Source: a virus (lineage: Duplodnaviria > Caudoviricetes). Taken from it: 26,809 bases of DNA. The position numbers and the translations under genes are program-made. Positions within the stretch are counted from its first letter, which is position 1. Each line of letters starts with the position of its first letter. The notes beneath the pieces are model-generated. The model was not told the DNA's origin, searched no databases, and saw only the letters and a list, made by a program, of their open reading frames with translations. The stretch spans positions 1 through 26,809 of the IMG/VR virus record IMGVR_UViG_3300022930_000028; one strand, given 5' to 3'. Positions 24,559 through 26,809 of the stretch are shown piece after piece.

Positions 24559-25280
24559 TTGCATACCACGGCACGCCGGTCGGCGGCACTCGCCAGGATG
24601 GCGCCCGGTTCCTTGCCGGCCGGCATGCCCTGGTTCCATTCCCGCGCCAGGACGACATGGGCATTGTTGCCGATGTGTGCCAGTCGTTTGTGTTCGACAA
24701 CGGCGCGTTTTCGGTCTGGAAGAAAGGCGGAAAGCTGGATGTTGACGGATACACCGCCTGGGTTGAGCAGTGGCACCGGCACCCAGGCTTCGACTGGGCA
24801 CTCATCCCGGATGTAATTGACGGCGACGAGGCAGCCAACGATGCGCTTCTGGAAGCCTGGCCCAGAGAGTTGCGTGGGGTGCCGGTCTGGCACCTGCACG
24901 AATCGCTGGAAAGGCTGCAGCGCCTCGCCGCCGATTGGCCGACAGTGGCCATCGGCAGTTCGGGTCAATGGGCACACCCGGGGACAGCGGCCTGGTGGAA
25001 GCGGATGGGTTCAGCTATGGATGCAATCTGCGACGACCAAGGCCGACCAGCATGTCGCCTCCACGGCCTCAGGATGCTCGACCCCGCGATATTCCAGCAT
25101 CTGCCCTTCGCATCAGCCGACAGCACGAACGCCGCGGTGAACGGTGGAAGCATCAGCCGGTTCGGCATGTACGCCCCACCAACAGCCGGCCAGCGCGCCA
25201 ACGTCATCGCCGACCGCATTGAGTCGCACAACAGTTCCCCGATCTGGCAGCGAGAAACCCAGGCCGAGATGGCCTTGTAA
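24555..25280 (+). CDS. TGT/DpdA-like (guanine transglycosylase-type TIM barrel) protein
   Basis: FDNGAFS, IPDVI, PVWH, AIGS, LHGL, SADST motifs in TGT order; ATGA overlap with the T-fold gene. Confidence 0.7.
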   Translation: MIAYHGTPVGGTRQDGARFLAGRHALVPFPRQDDMGIVADVCQSFVFDNGAFSVWKKGGKLDVDGYTAWVEQWHRHPGFDWALIPDVIDGDEAANDALLEAWPRELRGVPVWHLHESLERLQRLAADWPTVAIGSSGQWAHPGTAAWWKRMGSAMDAICDDQGRPACRLHGLRMLDPAIFQHLPFASADSTNAAVNGGSISRFGMYAPPTAGQRANVIADRIESHNSSPIWQRETQAEMAL

Positions 25281-25321
25281 CTCAACCCACCTTCTGCCGC
25301 CCAGCGCGGCAAGGACACCAC

Positions 25322-25543
25322 ATGTTCGCAATGAAACTTACCCTGATTGTACTGGGCGCCTTGCTGTACCTGATCGGCACTGCCGTTGGGTTCGGCGTGG
25401 GCCTACCTGCCCTTCTCAGCTCCGGGGAGACGCAAGACATCATCGGCGCATTTGCCGGCTTCATCACCTGGGTGCTCATCACCTTCGGCTCCATCATCCA
25501 CATCATCAAAACAGCGCGGCCCACAGCGGACGCCGGGAGGTAG
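25322..25543 (+). CDS. Small two-TM membrane protein
   Basis: AAGGA RBS; two hydrophobic helices. Confidence 0.7.
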   Translation: MFAMKLTLIVLGALLYLIGTAVGFGVGLPALLSSGETQDIIGAFAGFITWVLITFGSIIHIIKTARPTADAGR

Positions 25544-25545
25544 CC

Positions 25546-25890
25546 ATGTCAGCAGCAGAGCAACTCAACGACGGCATCACTGGCGACAAGGTGCCCGAGG
25601 CGCAGATGGCCGAAATTCTCGGCACCACAATCGCCGCCTTGCGCTCAAAGCGCGCTCGAAAACAGATACCAGTGGGCGTCTGGAATATGCACGGCGGCAG
25701 AATCATGTACAGCATCAGGAGATATTACGAATGGCTCGAAAGTCAGTGGGTCTGCCCGCAGGAATGGACCTCCACCACGGATCGATCCGCATCCGATTTA
25801 TGTGGAACGGCAGCCGGCGGAGTGAAACGCTCCCCTATCCCCCGACACAGAAAGGAATCAAATCAGCCTCACAGGTTGTTGATCAGATAA
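25546..25890 (+). CDS. Excisionase-like HTH protein
   Basis: EAQMAEILGTTIAALRSKR...GRIMYSIRRYYEW; directly upstream of and overlapping the integrase. Confidence 0.7.
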   Translation: MSAAEQLNDGITGDKVPEAQMAEILGTTIAALRSKRARKQIPVGVWNMHGGRIMYSIRRYYEWLESQWVCPQEWTSTTDRSASDLCGTAAGGVKRSPIPRHRKESNQPHRLLIR

Positions 25891-26809
25891 AGGGGCTGAT
25901 CAAGCTGGGGTTGCTCGACGATGACAAATACGCCGAGATATTCCCCAGCTCCAGCAACGTAGCCGGCGGCAAGATCAACTTCGGTGAGTACGCCCAGCTT
26001 TGGCTCGACAGCCGAGAGGTGGTGGACGGCACGAAGGGAAACTACAAGGGCGCCCTGAATTTATACTGGATGCCCGCGCTGGCTCTTGTGCGGATTGACC
26101 TGATCACCACCACCCTGCTCCGTCGGGCAATGGCGGCCAGTACTTGGAAGACGCCAGGCGTGAAGCGCAACGCCATCTCAAAGTTGTCGACAATCCTGAA
26201 CTCGGCGATGGCCGAGGAATTGATCCAGAAGAACCCAGCAGCGATCTTGGAGCTTCCCAAGCGCAGCAAAAAGGAGATTGACCCTTTCACCCTGGACGAA
26301 GCAAACGAAATTATCGCGAAAATGTACCAGCACGAGCACTGGCCCAGCACGATCTATGCGGCATTTTTTGAGTTTGTGTTTTTTACAGGAATTCGTCTGT
26401 CCGAAGCCCTGGCGATGCGCTGGGATGCGGTCGACCTGGAGAAGAGGACGGCTCACGTTTGCCGTGGGATCGCCTTGGGGAAAGTGGTGGAGCGCACGAA
26501 AACGGGCGGCGACCGCTTCGTGTTGCTGAACGAGCGCGCCCTGCATGCTTTGGAATTCGCCAAGGAATATGCGGAGCGTCGGAAAAAAGGCAAGGGCAAG
26601 GTGCTGGAAACACCTTTCATTTTCCCGCCATCAAAAAACGCGGAGTACGTGAAACAGACATCCGACCTGCACAAGCAGTGGATACCGACCTTAAAGGCGT
26701 TGAATATCCGTCGTCGGCCGCCATACAACTGTCGTCACACCTATGCGACAATATGCATTATGTCTGGCATGAACCCCGCCTTCATCTCCCAGCAGCTCGG
26801 CCACAGTGT
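25731..26809 (+). CDS. int: Tyrosine integrase (runs off window edge)
   Basis: AGGAG RBS; MARKSVGLPAG...SIRIRFMWNG arm-binding N-terminus; TGIRLSEALAMRW, TKTG, YNCRHTYAT, QLGHS catalytic motifs. Absent from the ORF track because there is no stop in the window. Confidence 0.93.
   Translation, partial: MARKSVGLPAGMDLHHGSIRIRFMWNGSRRSETLPYPPTQKGIKSASQVVDQIKGLIKLGLLDDDKYAEIFPSSSNVAGGKINFGEYAQLWLDSREVVDGTKGNYKGALNLYWMPALALVRIDLITTTLLRRAMAASTWKTPGVKRNAISKLSTILNSAMAEELIQKNPAAILELPKRSKKEIDPFTLDEANEIIAKMYQHEHWPSTIYAAFFEFVFFTGIRLSEALAMRWDAVDLEKRTAHVCRGIALGKVVERTKTGGDRFVLLNERALHALEFAKEYAERRKKGKGKVLETPFIFPPSKNAEYVKQTSDLHKQWIPTLKALNIRRRPPYNCRHTYATICIMSGMNPAFISQQLGHS

Larger units (their letters stand above)
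1..26809. mobile_element. Lambdoid prophage, early/left arm (Pseudomonas-type)
   Basis: cro/cI/OR-OL, boxA, RecT-exonuclease and xis-int in lambda-like order. Confidence 0.95.

Noticed and set aside
26700-26809. att site
   Set aside because: The integrase is truncated by the window; any att site lies beyond it.

Overview
This window is the early (regulation, recombination, integration) arm of a lambdoid prophage; the gene content points to a Pseudomonas host. The minus-strand start holds a truncated probable replication gene, a Rha/KilA-C antirepressor and cro. These face an S24-family cI repressor across three TGWAC-N5-GTWCA operators. About 5.3 kb of accessory cargo lies between cI and the leftward operator/promoter (the lambda rexAB position). 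It includes a DUF6932-like nucleotidyltransferase with an unknown partner, a VOC protein, DUF1652, a lipoprotein and a LexA-boxed DUF1654 gene. A long plus-strand early operon follows: boxA leader, LuxR-HTH, structured non-coding tract, RecT/YqaJ, NdpA, C5 methyltransferase, ASCH-like protein, a QueF-like/TGT-like pair, xis and a truncated tyrosine integrase. Minus-strand morons repeatedly interrupt it, including two HEPN-like genes. The best candidates for new biology are: (1) a two-gene QueF-like T-fold + TGT/DpdA-like module, possibly a minimal 7-deazaguanine DNA-modification system; (2) the NTase + partner pair in the rex slot; (3) an EcoHK31I-beta-like protein hidden in an alternative frame of a repeat-expanded methyltransferase; (4) a sar-like antisense sRNA against the antirepressor. 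All family calls come from reading motifs by eye, not from database searches. Many start codons were re-picked from RBS context.
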